Shown here in pieces: positions 1-10,879 of a stretch of DNA of 60,000 nt (the first letter of the stretch is position 1; every line of letters starts with the position of its first letter). A program made the translations under genes and the position numbers. Below the pieces are notes generated by a model, which was not told where the DNA came from, made no database searches, and was given only the letters and a program-made list of their open reading frames with translations. The DNA lies in contig NC_058373.1 in the NCBI RefSeq assembly GCF_018350175.1, positions 111,044,001 through 111,104,000 of the forward strand. The letters are read 5' to 3'. This stretch comes from Felis catus. Lineage: Eukaryota.

Positions 1-220
1 GCCTTGGAGGACTGAAGCACCCCGGGCGGGTCAGGCAGCTTGTTTCATTCCGCCGGGACATTGGGAGGTTCTCGGATGGATAGTGCACTTACCTCACCTT
101 GCTCGTAGTTTGGGGACACAGAGGGGAAGAGGAGCGGCCAGACTGCGGTCATGCCATTCCATGATCTGTTTAATTACTGACCCACGGGGCCAGATCCTGT
201 AGGGCCTACCTCGTGGGTGG
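1..220. promoter_or_regulatory. GC/CpG-enriched start of window, probably the tail of the FNTB promoter/exon 1 CpG island
   Basis: Several CpGs (ccccgggcggg, ccgccggg, gagcggcc, tgcgg) before the sequence turns AT-rich; lies upstream of exon 2. Confidence 0.45.
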
Positions 221-1342
221 GCATGTTACTTGAGCACCAGCAAAGTATTGGACACACGATGTTCAACGCTGGAAGTACAAAGAAATAAAACCTTTCCTGA
301 CCATGGGCATGGCACAGCCTGGTTGAGGAAAACAGACAGGAAAACAGTACTATTTGAAAAGCACTAATTAAAATGAAATTTTAGACGACTTATCCTTCAT
401 TCATTGAGGCCTCAAACCTATCACTCTGAAAAGCGCTTGAGGAATGGGTAGTGAACTCTAGTTTTGTTTTCCTTTTCCTTCTGCAGTTGGAATTGTTCCC
501 AAGTTCCTGTGGAAATGTTTGCCTGTCCTTAGAAGTGGTTGAGATGGTTCTTTTTAGCACTAACAAATAAGCATCAGGCTGCTTTCTAAATAAGATCTCG
601 TATTAAGATCAGTCTCCAGGCTTAACCTTGGAGGGACCTGCTTTGACTTTCATACCTGAATTTGGAATCCTGTATTTAGGCAAAATTCATAGTGATAGTT
701 ATCATATTGTATATTTATGACTATAAGTATAATTATAAATTAAAAACAAAAAAACACAAAGACTTGAATAGACAATTATACACATGGTAGCAGAAAGAAT
801 ATTGTAACTGGAATTTATGCTACATAGGTTTTAGGATTGAAAGGAAACCCTTACCTTTTGAATCTAGCCCCCCAGCTTAGCCCACCAGTGTGTCTTTCTA
901 CAGAAACCTTTTGTAAAAGATTGCAAAGAAATCTTCCACCAATGAAACCTACAGGATCTTTGCAGTGTTCCTAAGTAACAGACTGTAGAGTTTATTCAGG
1001 TCAAGCTTGTTCCTTGGTATGTGATGTAACACTATTAAGTTACTTTTTATATAGTTAACTAAACTGACTCAGCACTTAAGAATATGGATAGAATACTAGC
1101 AGAGAAAAGGGAATCAGAAGTGGGTCTGTTCATTTAGAGACCAGAACAGACTTCCATATTTAAGGGGCAAGTCAAAAACAGGAACATTAACAGGAGTTTC
1201 ACTGATCTGCTCTCTTTTTCCTGTACTACTTTTTTTTTTTTTTTTCCAGTGAAGTGCCCCTGCTTAGTTCCTGCCAAGAAACACTAGCACTTATATTTTA
1301 AATGTCTAGGCATAATAAGTGATGCAAAAATGGATGCAGCAA

Positions 1343-1562
1343 GGGGTGCCTGGGCGGCTCAGTCGGTTGAGCATCTGACTTCAGCTCAGGTCATGATCTC
1401 ACAGTTCGTGAGTTTGAGCCCCGCATCAGGCTCTGTGCTGAGAGCTCAGCGCCTGGAGGCTGCTTCGAGTTCTGTGTCCCTCTCTCTCTTTATGCTCCTC
1501 CCCCACTCACGCTCTGTATCTCTCTCAAAAATAAATAAACGTTAAAAAAAAAATTTTTTTTT
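1343..1562 (+). mobile_element. Can-SINE (feliform type)
   Basis: ggggtgcctgggcggctcag tRNA-derived head, CT tract, AATAAA tail; TSD aaatggatg(c)agcaag on both sides. Confidence 0.93.
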
Positions 1563-2229
1563 AAATGGATGAGCAAGATTCTGGGCTGCCAAAGGGTCAG
1601 CCAAGGCCTGGGCCAGGTGTGGAAGCTAGGTTTCTGATATGGAACATGGTTATAATATGGTGTCTTTCAAATCTAGGCTCTACTGTGTGTTCGATAATAG
1701 AGCATCTTATATGTCTTTTCCGTGTCATTCTTCCAGCTCACATTTTAAAAGTCTGGGATAAACGGTTCCAGAGAGTAGGAAGATGATATAGTATCTCATA
1801 CTAATGGTTACCTCAGTGCCAGCACTAATAATCAGTAGTATCCATTTACTGGGTCCCAGTTCTGTGCTAAATGCCCACCATATAGATTGTATCATTCAAT
1901 CCTTTTCCATTTCACAGACAAGAAAACCGAGGCTTAGAGAAGTACTAGTTTGGTAGGTTAATGATGATATATATTCATAAGAAACTTCGTCAGGAGGAGT
2001 TGTCTACAGAAGATACTACTGTTATTCTTTCGGTTCTGTCCATTTATTCATAGGGATTTACCAACAGGGTTCAATTTTGTGCCATTGCCAATAGGAACAA
2101 ATGTTTGTCTCCTGATTCCTCCTATCTGATTATCAGGAGACTTAATTATTTGTTCAACAACACTTTGATTATAGGAATTTAAACCTATAAACAATAAAGA
2201 GCCCTTAGCTATGGATTCTTCTGTACTAT

Positions 2230-3530
2230 TCATTCACATTTTTATTTGTTCAACGACTACTTGGGTGCCTTCTATGTGCCACACACTGTTCAAGGCATTG
2301 GACATAAGGCAGTGAACAAAACAGGCCAAGTCGGTGCCTTTATGAAACTTTGTTCTGGGCCAGGGAGGCAGTCAACAAAATGGGGGGAAATCTATCCGTC
2401 CATCCATCTATCTATCTATCTATCTATCTAATTTACTTAGAAGTGCTGTAGAGAAAAAGAAAGTAGGATAAGAGACATGGAGTATGCCAGGAAAGGGTCG
2501 GGTAGGAGCAGAAGAGTTTTATATAAGGAGGTAAGGGAAGGCCTCTGATGATGTGCCTGCCACTTGCGCTGAGACCTGAAATAAGTAAGGAAGCAAGCCG
2601 TGTGTGTCTGGGGAAAAAGCATTCTGGGCAGAGAAAGCAGTAAGTGTAAAGGACCTGAGGCCTTCTAGTGCCCGATGAGTGGAAGCCACTGTGAGGAGAG
2701 AGATTAGTAAACAGGAGAATAGGAGATAAGGTCAGATCTTGTAGGGCCTTACAGACCATTCATTGTAAGTATACTTTCGAATACCCTGATTGTGATGGGA
2801 AGCCATTTGGCTGGATGGTTTTCTGTTTACCTCCCCAGATCCACTCTACCCTTTTCCACCCTGTCTACAAATGTGCCCCAAGAGGTCACCTGCATGGACA
2901 GGTTCCCTTGCCTTATGTCTTCTGGGTGTATTTGGCTGTGTTTGTATTGATAGGGGATGAGAGGGAGGGAGAATGAGATCAGCACATTTACTCCTTTCCT
3001 GCAGGATTGCACGGTCTGCAGGGTGTTTAGAGTGGAGGCACTCACAACTCTTATCAGACACCTTCCATTGGAGCTCCCTGGTGCCCTCTTCACTCCTTCT
3101 CTTCACACTTCCATGCCTAGGAGGGGACCGAGTAGCCCTGTGTTGCCTGCCCCAGAGTACTGCACTCTCCTATGGTTTCCCTTAGGAAAGGAGTGTTTGC
3201 CCACACCTTTGTAACTAGTTCCTTTATAAACTCTCCCCAAATCACCCACTTTGAATGTGCCTTCTATTTTCCTGCCAGGAGTCAGACTGGTCTATGATCC
3301 GAGACTTTTGACTCAATCTGACCAGTATTTTAACAGGCCCACGTAGGTCCCTGTTGAGAGGAGGTTGTGCGGAGGTGAGGACAGGTGCAGGGAAACGAGG
3401 TAGGAGGCTGTTGCAGTGCTCCAGGTGATGGGTGTCAGGGCTGTGGTAGTAGAGGCAGTAGAGGCAGTGAGGAGTGGTCAAGTTCTGGGTATTTTTAAAG
3501 ATTTCTACTTTGACAAGCTCTTTCACTGAT
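2230..3530. mobile_element. L2 LINE relic interrupted by an LTR
   Basis: L2 3'-end-like text (ttgttcaacgactacttgggtgccttctatgtgcca...) that resumes after 3300. Confidence 0.65.
2826..3296 (+). mobile_element. LTR33-like ERVL solo LTR
   Basis: 3' end cacacctttgtaactagttcctttataaactctcc...tttgaatgtgcc...ttcctgccagga resembles LTR33. Confidence 0.6.
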
Positions 3531-4581
3531 GGGTTGGGTGGATGGAGAACCTTTTGCAACTCTAGAAAGCAGGATGTGGTCCTCTTCCTTTTTTTGTGTT
3601 ATCCACAATCACCCCATGGCAAATGCTCTGTGACTCAGGCCATAGGTTAATACTGGCACAGTCTCAGAGGTTTGCCAAAAAGAGTTGTTTACAGAAGGCA
3701 CTACTCCTGTTTTTCTTTTAGTTTGTCCTTGAACAGGGACCAAAGCATCCTCCACTTGAAATGGCATGAGGTCATTAGACAACATTCAGTCAAGTAACAA
3801 TCAACTGTGGAGGGTATCTGGAAGGATCATTGGTCTTAGTTCCTGCTCTCACAATTATTTTCTCTTAGAAAAAAGAATATACCTGAAGCAACCACAGAAT
3901 AATTTACAAGAGCACGTAAGTGCTGAGTTATGCCTGCGTTGCACAAGGGTTTGGGGAGTGGAAGCCAGGGTGTTGTGGGCTAAGGAGGTCGTCAGGACAG
4001 TTTCGTGGAGAATGTTGGGTTGTACAGGATGGAGTTGGGGGACAGCTATTCCAGTCAGAGGAGCTGTTAGGAGGGAAAATTCCACTTTACTGGGAATGGA
4101 GGGAGCAGGTTGGCTGTGGTAGGAAATCAGATCAGCTGGGTGGGTGAGGCCAATGGAATTGGGGGTGGGTGGTGGGGAGGGATGCAGAGATAGGCAGAGG
4201 AGTTGGCTTCAAGTGTTGAGATCCACTGCAGATCCTGACCGAGGGGACGTCGAGGGTCCAGGAATGAATCCTGGACACCTACTGTTGACTTGTTTCAAGT
4301 TATAATCTCTGAACGATTATGAAATGGGGGTGAAACAAGTCACTAAATGTGATCAAACCTATTAGTTTTTTGTGCTTCTGATAGAAGGAACCAGAGCTCT
4401 GCTTGGTTATGTGGTTAGTAGGCTAGCTGTGGTGAATCAATTTTGCTTTATTGAAATTCAGCATGTACCATGTTGCTCAACTATAAGACAATTCCAAATA
4501 TCAAATTCCTCCATTTTTCCTATTAAAAAGGACAAAAAAAAAAAAAAAAAAAAAGGTTTGGTCCACTTGAAAATATATGTA

Positions 4582-4805
4582 TTTTTTTTAATGTTAAATT
4601 TTTTTGTTTTTTTGAGAGAGAGAGACAGAGTGCAAGTGGGCGGGGTGGGGGATGGCAGAGAAAGAGAGGGGGACACAATCTGAAGCAGGCTCCAGGCTCT
4701 GAGCTGTCAGCACAGAACCTGACATGGGGCTTGAACTCATGAACCACAAGATCATGACCTGAGCTGAAGCTGGACACTTAACCGACTGAGCCACCCACGC
4801 GCCCT
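4582..4805 (-). mobile_element. Can-SINE
   Basis: Reverse-complement SINE body; diverged TSD tgaaaata(t/c)(a/g)tgta. Confidence 0.92.
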
Positions 4806-6560
4806 GAAAATACGTGTACTTTTAAGTATGTAGGTGAACATATCGAATGCCTACTTGCAAAATTTACGTTTTAAATTTAGATACATGTACCTATTTAGAA
4901 TCACATACTTTGTAAAATCACAGTAGTTTAGAAATAGTGTTTTTCCTCTTTATTTATAACAAATTTTTCTCCAAAATCTTCACATACATTTTTGCCCTTA
5001 GTATTTTTATCTTGCTGGAGCCACATTTTGGATCAACCAATGTATTTTTCCAGACCACATTTTCAGGTTTTTGAGATAAATCCCTTTTGATTATGGGTAA
5101 GAATAATTTTATCCCAAGTTACAACTACCCGATTTTGTAATGGTAGAGTTCTTTTACAATGTGTCCCGTAGGTGTATATCTGTGATCACTGCAACTCAGC
5201 TACTATTTACTTTTTAAAATGATCTTTAAAAGGGTTTACAGTGGGCGCTTAGTGTGAGTTCGTAGCCTCAGGAATAATTGCTAAATCTGTGCTTAATTTG
5301 TCATCTTTCCTCCGTACCATCAGCTTATTTTTTATAAGCAGCCCAAACCAGACCTTGACTGAGGTTGTTTTAGGCTGATACATCAACCCCAACTGGTATT
5401 TTGTATTTAAAATAAAGGGATTGGGAGGACTTCCTATAGGAAGAGCTACATTGTAAGGATTGCTTATAAAATGACTTCTTTTTCCTGAGGGTTTTTTTTT
5501 TTTTTTTTTTTCCGGGAAATCCTGGCCTTATATTGAATCTAATAATTCTTGCACTGTATCTGCAGCATCAGCATGAGTCTCAGGCAGCAAATCTGCTTTT
5601 TGGAAGGGTCCTCCTCTGGGAGAGAGGGAGAGATGTGGAAGAAGGGGCTTGATAGTCCATGATATGAAAGTTAGTGCATCATTAGACCGGCTTTGGATGG
5701 AAGCTGTGGAAGAGAAAGTACCAAATGCATTAGTTGGTTTTTACCACTTATCTGTGAATGGAGAGTGCTCTGTGCTTCTGACTGGCTTTTTTCTGTCTGG
5801 CATTATTTTGGGGCTCCTAACAGTTACCAAGCCAAGTTCTTTAGGACTCAAAACATAAATATCTATTTATGGCTTCTGGGACCATAGTTCTTAGATATGA
5901 AATAAGCAGATGCACCAGAAGGTGGGCACTCAATTCTTTAGATTTTAAGGATCCCATTCGTTTCTTTGTTTATTTATTATTTTTCTTTGACTTAAGCTTT
6001 TACTTCATGTGCACATAACAGAAAGCAACAGTACTGAGGAAATGGAACTGTGGACACCAGCAGTAACCAGAGAACTAGGGACTGGGGAAAAGGTTGAACC
6101 AGCAGACGTCAAAGAATGGGGGCTGTGGGCTGATTCCAAACAAAGGGAGACTTGCAGCTGCCACCGGTAGTTCCCCGCATGGAATCTGAAGACGGAACCA
6201 AGGGCTGGGGTTTAGAAGGTACTGCAGATTGGCTAATAGGCCCTGTGCACACCGCCGGTAACGTCCAGTCTGGATTAAGCCAGCAGACTCCATTAATGGA
6301 GACTGTGGACTGGAACTAGGGAAAGGATTCCGACGTGGAATTGCGGATTGAACCAAGGGCTAAGGACTGGGGCTAGACTGACCAGTAACCCTAGACTGGG
6401 AAGCCAGTCAGATGGGGAGCTCCACGGAGAGGAGCCTGCCAGTGGCCCTCAGGAATGGTGAGAAAGACCATGAACTCAAAAGGGCTTGCAGGGCACCACA
6501 CCTGTGCTTCTCATTGTCTCCTCATGCCATCACAGGTTTTTCTTTGGATCCCACCTGATC

Positions 6561-6946
6561 TGTTAAAAACTGCAATTCAGCTGAATAAATTTGAAGATCT
6601 AATTGGCTTTATTAAACAATTCATTAATTGGGCAGCATCCATTCTAGCAGGTAGAAAGGAACTCCAAAGAGCTACAGAAAGGGAGAAGTTTTTAAAAGTA
6701 GAACAAAGAAGTCATACACAGAAAGAAAGGTTTATTTTGGGCAGTCACCCTTTCCATGGCCACGTCCATGGAGAGGGCCCATGTGACAAGTTACCTTATT
6801 GGCACTGACCAGAAAATGCTTGACTGGTTAAGATTACGTTTCTAGGGGAGGTTGAAAGTGCAGTTAGGTTAGATGATTAAGCCCCAGGTTGGTGACATGG
6901 CCTAGCATAAGTGACTTTATTTGGGCCTGTGGTTTTCTTTTTAACA
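6561..6946. mobile_element. ERV1-like solo LTR; a related copy lies at about 39733-40102
   Basis: Ends tgttaaaaa...tttttaaca (TG..CA). Shares blocks ggcagcat..tctagcag.tagaaa and agcataagtgact with 39733-40102. Confidence 0.65.
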
Positions 6947-6984
6947 CAGTTGTTGATTTTTAAGATCTATTCCCCTCTTCTTGG

Positions 6985-7290
6985 ACAACTGAGCTACTTC
7001 TAGATTTTGGATATTAGCTGCTGTCAATGCTACATCCTTGTAGAAGTCTTTTTGTGAGCATATATTTTCATATCTCTTGAGGAGAGACCTAAAAGTGGAA
7101 TTGTTGCATCATGTGGTGGGTGTATGCTGAGTTTTATAAGAAACTGCTGGCCTTTTCCAGAGTGGTTGTACATTTTATACCCTCACCCACATTGTATAAT
7201 AAGAGTGCTGGTTGCTCCACAACTTGCCAACATTTGGTGTTGTTGGTTTTTTCAACTTTAGTGACTCTGCTGGTGGGTGTGGGTGGTGTT
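6985..7290 (-). mobile_element. Old L1M fragment
   Basis: Antisense L1 ORF2-end text (aagtggaattgttgcatca...aagaaactgc...ccaacatttggtgttg). Confidence 0.7.
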
Positions 7291-7334
7291 GTGTTCTTTT
7301 TGTTTGTTTGTTTTTATTTTTGTTTTTAAAAAAT

Positions 7335-7534
7335 GTTCATTTATTTTGAGAGAGTGCTTGCGCACGTGAGCGGGGGAGGGACAGACAAAGCCGGGGTGGG
7401 GGCGGGGAGAGAGAGAGAGAGGGAGAGGGAGAGAGAGAATCCCAACCAGGCGACAGAGCCTGATTCAGAGCTCGATCTCTCAAACTGTAAGATCATGACC
7501 TGAGCCGAAACCAGCTGAGCCATACAGGCATCCC
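7335..7534 (-). mobile_element. Can-SINE (diverged, internally deleted)
   Basis: GA tract, gatcatgacctgagccgaa, head caggcatccc. Confidence 0.85.
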
Positions 7535-7544
7535 AATAGGTAGT

Positions 7545-8430
7545 ATTATGAGGAGAAAAATTACTTGTGACGCTTGTAAAAGGAAGTCTGTATTCAAGAC
7601 TTATTACCATGGTGATGTTTGTGGTAGGGGAGAGAGATTGGGCTCAACTCTGAATACAAGGGAAAGTGGGAATTTATAGTCAGGGAGCAAGCTGGAAGGA
7701 TTGGTGGATGGAAACCTACTAAGAGGACTCGTCAGGAGAAAGAAATTCTAGCTAACCCAATTTAGCAGGATTCCTCCTCAAAGCAGGCCAGGGTAAGCAG
7801 ACATCACTGGGGGACAGTGGAGGATGAGGAACCCAGTCAGATACTGAGGATGACCAGATATTAAGGATCGGGGATTTATAAGAGATGAATCACCAGGTTC
7901 TACTCCTTAAGTTAAGACTACGCTCTATGTCTTGGCAATCAAAAAGAATGAAATCTTGCCATTTGCAACTACGTGGTTGGAACTGGAGGGTATTATGCTA
8001 AGCGAAATTAGTCAGAGAAAGACAAATATCATATGACTTCACTCATATGAGGACTTTAAGAGACAAAACAGATGAACATAACGGAAGGGAAACAAAAATA
8101 ATATAAAAACAGGGAGGGGGACAAAACAGAAGAGACTCATAAATATGGAGAACAAACAGGGTTGCTGGAGGGGTTGTGGGAGGGGGGATGGGCTCAATGG
8201 GTAAGAGGCATTAAGGAATCTACTGAAATCATTGCTTTACTATATACTAACTAATTTGGATGTAAATTATAAAAAATAAATAAATTATTAGATAAAAAAG
8301 ACTACACTGTGTGTTAACTTCAGAATTAAAAAAAAAAAAGGATGGGGGATGCTGGCTGAACCAATTTGTAGGATTCTTGCTAAAATGGGGTGAGGCAAAG
8401 ATGGCCACAGAAGTACAAAAGTCAAGGCCA
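7545..8430. mobile_element. MER31-like LTR interrupted by two nested L1 3' fragments
   Basis: ggggagagagattgggctcaactctgaatac...gtgggaatttatag text resumes at about 8338 after the inserts. Confidence 0.65.
7930..8296 (+). mobile_element. 5'-truncated felid L1 (ORF2 end plus 3' UTR)
   Basis: aagaatgaaatcttgccatttgcaac...ggtattatgctaagcgaaattagtcag, A-rich tail, flanking direct repeat aagactac.ct.t.tgt. Confidence 0.88.
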
Positions 8431-8660
8431 GGTTAGGATATGGATGCATTGTATATGTGTCTGCAAATGTATTTATCTTTTCAAAAATCTTATGGTTAGA
8501 TAAAGTAGTCATGGTGAAATTTGGGTATTAAGTGTTCTGTTTTGTTTTGATCCTTAATCACGTCATCCAACATTTTATCATAAAAAATATTAAATATACA
8601 GAACAGTTGATAGCATCTGTTTACCCTCTACCTAATTTCTGTCATATAGATGATTAAAGG

Positions 8661-8885
8661 ATTTATTTTATTTTATTTTATTTTATTTTATTTTATTTTA
8701 TTTTATTTTAAGTTTATTTATTTATTTTTGAGAGAAAGCAAGCAGGGGAGGGGCAGAGGGAGAGAGAAAGAGAGAGAGAATCCCAGGCAAGCTCCACGCT
8801 GTCAGTGCAGAGCCCAACACAGGGCTGGATCTGAGCCAAAATCAAGAGTCAGACACTCAACCAACTGAGCCACCCAGGCACCCCC
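8661..8885 (-). mobile_element. Can-SINE with (TTTTA)n tail
   Basis: Reverse SINE body with a pentanucleotide-repeat tail. Confidence 0.88.
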
Positions 8886-9659
8886 CCTCAAGATTCTTTC
8901 TATGTCTTTGTGTGTGTGTATGTGTGTGTGTGTATGTGTGTGTGTGATTTGAATTAGTCAAAGTTATTTTTTTTTCCAGGCTATTTAAAAATTTTGAAGA
9001 GCTAATCCCTTAAAACTAAATCTTCTGGTGACTAATCCTGGTGACGTTTCTTGTAACGTTTCATATAGCAATGTTTCTGAAACAGATCAGATGCTTTACA
9101 CTGTCATCCTCCTCCCAAAAGAGTCATATCACTTTCATTAACATGGTCATGAACTGTGTGCCCTGTGCCCAAGGGAGATGAACCTATGGGCCCTTTGCTA
9201 TTTATGCAAAAGAAAATTATCTGTTGTTATGTGGCTGTTAATCAGCCTTTGTATTGTCCCCGTTGGTAACTGCCTTGCCTTTTGGGGTTCTCATGCTGAA
9301 AGGAGAGATTGACTAGAATAGAATAGTCTGTTCCTTTGGGGTGGAAAGGAAGTGTGGAAATCCAAGATAAAGTGAGAGTTCAGGGAAAGTGGGCACGCTT
9401 CAGCATCCCTATGCAGTATTGAAGCTGATTTTTTTTTTTTAATTCTGATTTGAGAACTATATATTCAGAGTTTTCATGACTGGGGTAACTTTGGTTTTTT
9501 TTTAATAGTTAATGTCATTTTTCCTGTATTTAAAGTGAGGATTTTGATAAAATTTTTAAAAGGAACTTGGTTATAGATCTTGCCTGTATATATGAAACAG
9601 TTGTTAGGACTGCTTCCCTTAATTCTATCCTAAAGGCTAAATTTCTAAATCTCCTAACG

Positions 9660-10208
9660 TGTTGGAGGTCCCCAAGACTACCCCTAGTTGATTCACTACA
9701 GGGATTCAGAGAATTCAGTATGTAGGTTGTACTCGTGGTTATGATTTATTACAGCAAAAGCCTACAAAGCGAAATCAGCAAGTGAAAGGCTCACAGGGTG
9801 AAGTCTGGAGGAAACCAGACATAAGCTTCCAAGAGTCCTCTCCCAGTGGAGTCACACAGGACGTGCTTCACTTCTCGGGCATCAAATTGTAACAATACAT
9901 GCAAAGTGCTGTCTACCAGAGAAGCTTGTTAGATACTTGGGGGCTCATGGTTTTTAGTGGGGGTTCGTCACATACGTACCTTCTGCCCAGCACGTCTCCA
10001 CATTCCAGACTCCCAGAAAGAAAGTAGCTGTTCAGCATAAACAAGATCGTGTATGCAGTTTCAGGACAGTGAGCCACTCATCAGTTCTGGGAATGGTGGG
10101 GAGTGTCTCCAAATTCAGGTTTCCAGACAGCATCCAAGGTCAACCTTTCAAGCTGGCCTTTCTAAGGATAGCAGCCTCTGGCCTGCTATGGTAATGCCTT
10201 TGTGTACA
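9660..10208. mobile_element. MER21-like LTR
   Basis: ggaggtccccaagactaccc...gatttattacagcaaaag...gagtcctctcccagtggagtcacacaggac...ggcctttctaaggatagcag; TG..CA ends. Confidence 0.75.
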
Positions 10209-10394
10209 AATAGCTTATCTGCTTTCCTTCTGCTACACAAATCAGAGCAAAGAATGCTTACGTCTTCTCAGTAACAAATTTACTCAGATTTTATATAACA
10301 CTTGGCAGGCTATGTGGGGAGAAGGGAAGGCAAAAAAGGATGTTGCATGTTGTGGAGATTACTTTGATTTTTCTCTACACCAGATGAGTTCTTT

Positions 10395-10521
10395 ATTAAG
10401 CAGGCTCCACGCCCAGCATGGAGCTGATGCGGGTCTTGATCCCATAATCGTGATATCATGACCTAAGCCGAAATCAAGAGTCGGATGGATGCACGACCGA
10501 CTGAACCACCCAGGCGCCCCC
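10395..10521 (-). mobile_element. Short Can-SINE lacking the CT tract and tail
   Basis: SINE head and body only, flanked by a 14-bp TSD cagatgagttcttt. Confidence 0.85.
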
Positions 10522-10618
10522 TCAGATGAGTTCTTTTTAATTTCTATATTAATCCATTACTGTTTGTCAAAACATTTGCAGGCTAATTGCTAAGCATTAT
10601 TTTTAAAGTTGTACTCTA

Positions 10619-10823
10619 GGGGTGCCTGGGTGGCTCAGTTGGCTAAGTGTCCGACTTCGGCTCAGGTCGTGATCTCGCGGTTCGTGGGTTTGAGCCCTGC
10701 ATTGGGCTCTGTGCTGACAGCTCACAGCCTGGAGCCTGCTTCAGATTCCGTGTCTCCCTCTCTCTCTCTGCCCTTCCCCTGCTCGTGCTGTCTCTCTCTG
10801 TCTCTCAAAAATAAATAAACGTT
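10619..10823 (+). mobile_element. Can-SINE
   Basis: Full length; TSD aaagttgtactctag. Confidence 0.93.
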
Positions 10824-10879
10824 AAAGTTGTACTCTAGAAACCATACTGTGAGCTCTAGCGATCCTTTTCTAAGATATA

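Noticed and set aside
1343..1430. tRNA-like A/B-box sequence at SINE heads
   Set aside because: Can-SINEs are tRNA-derived; each continues into the CT tract and A tail and lacks a complete cloverleaf.
1961..2120. Box C-like ATGATGA with a downstream CTGA (C/D snoRNA candidate)
   Set aside because: No terminal stem, long spacing and no recognisable rRNA-antisense element.
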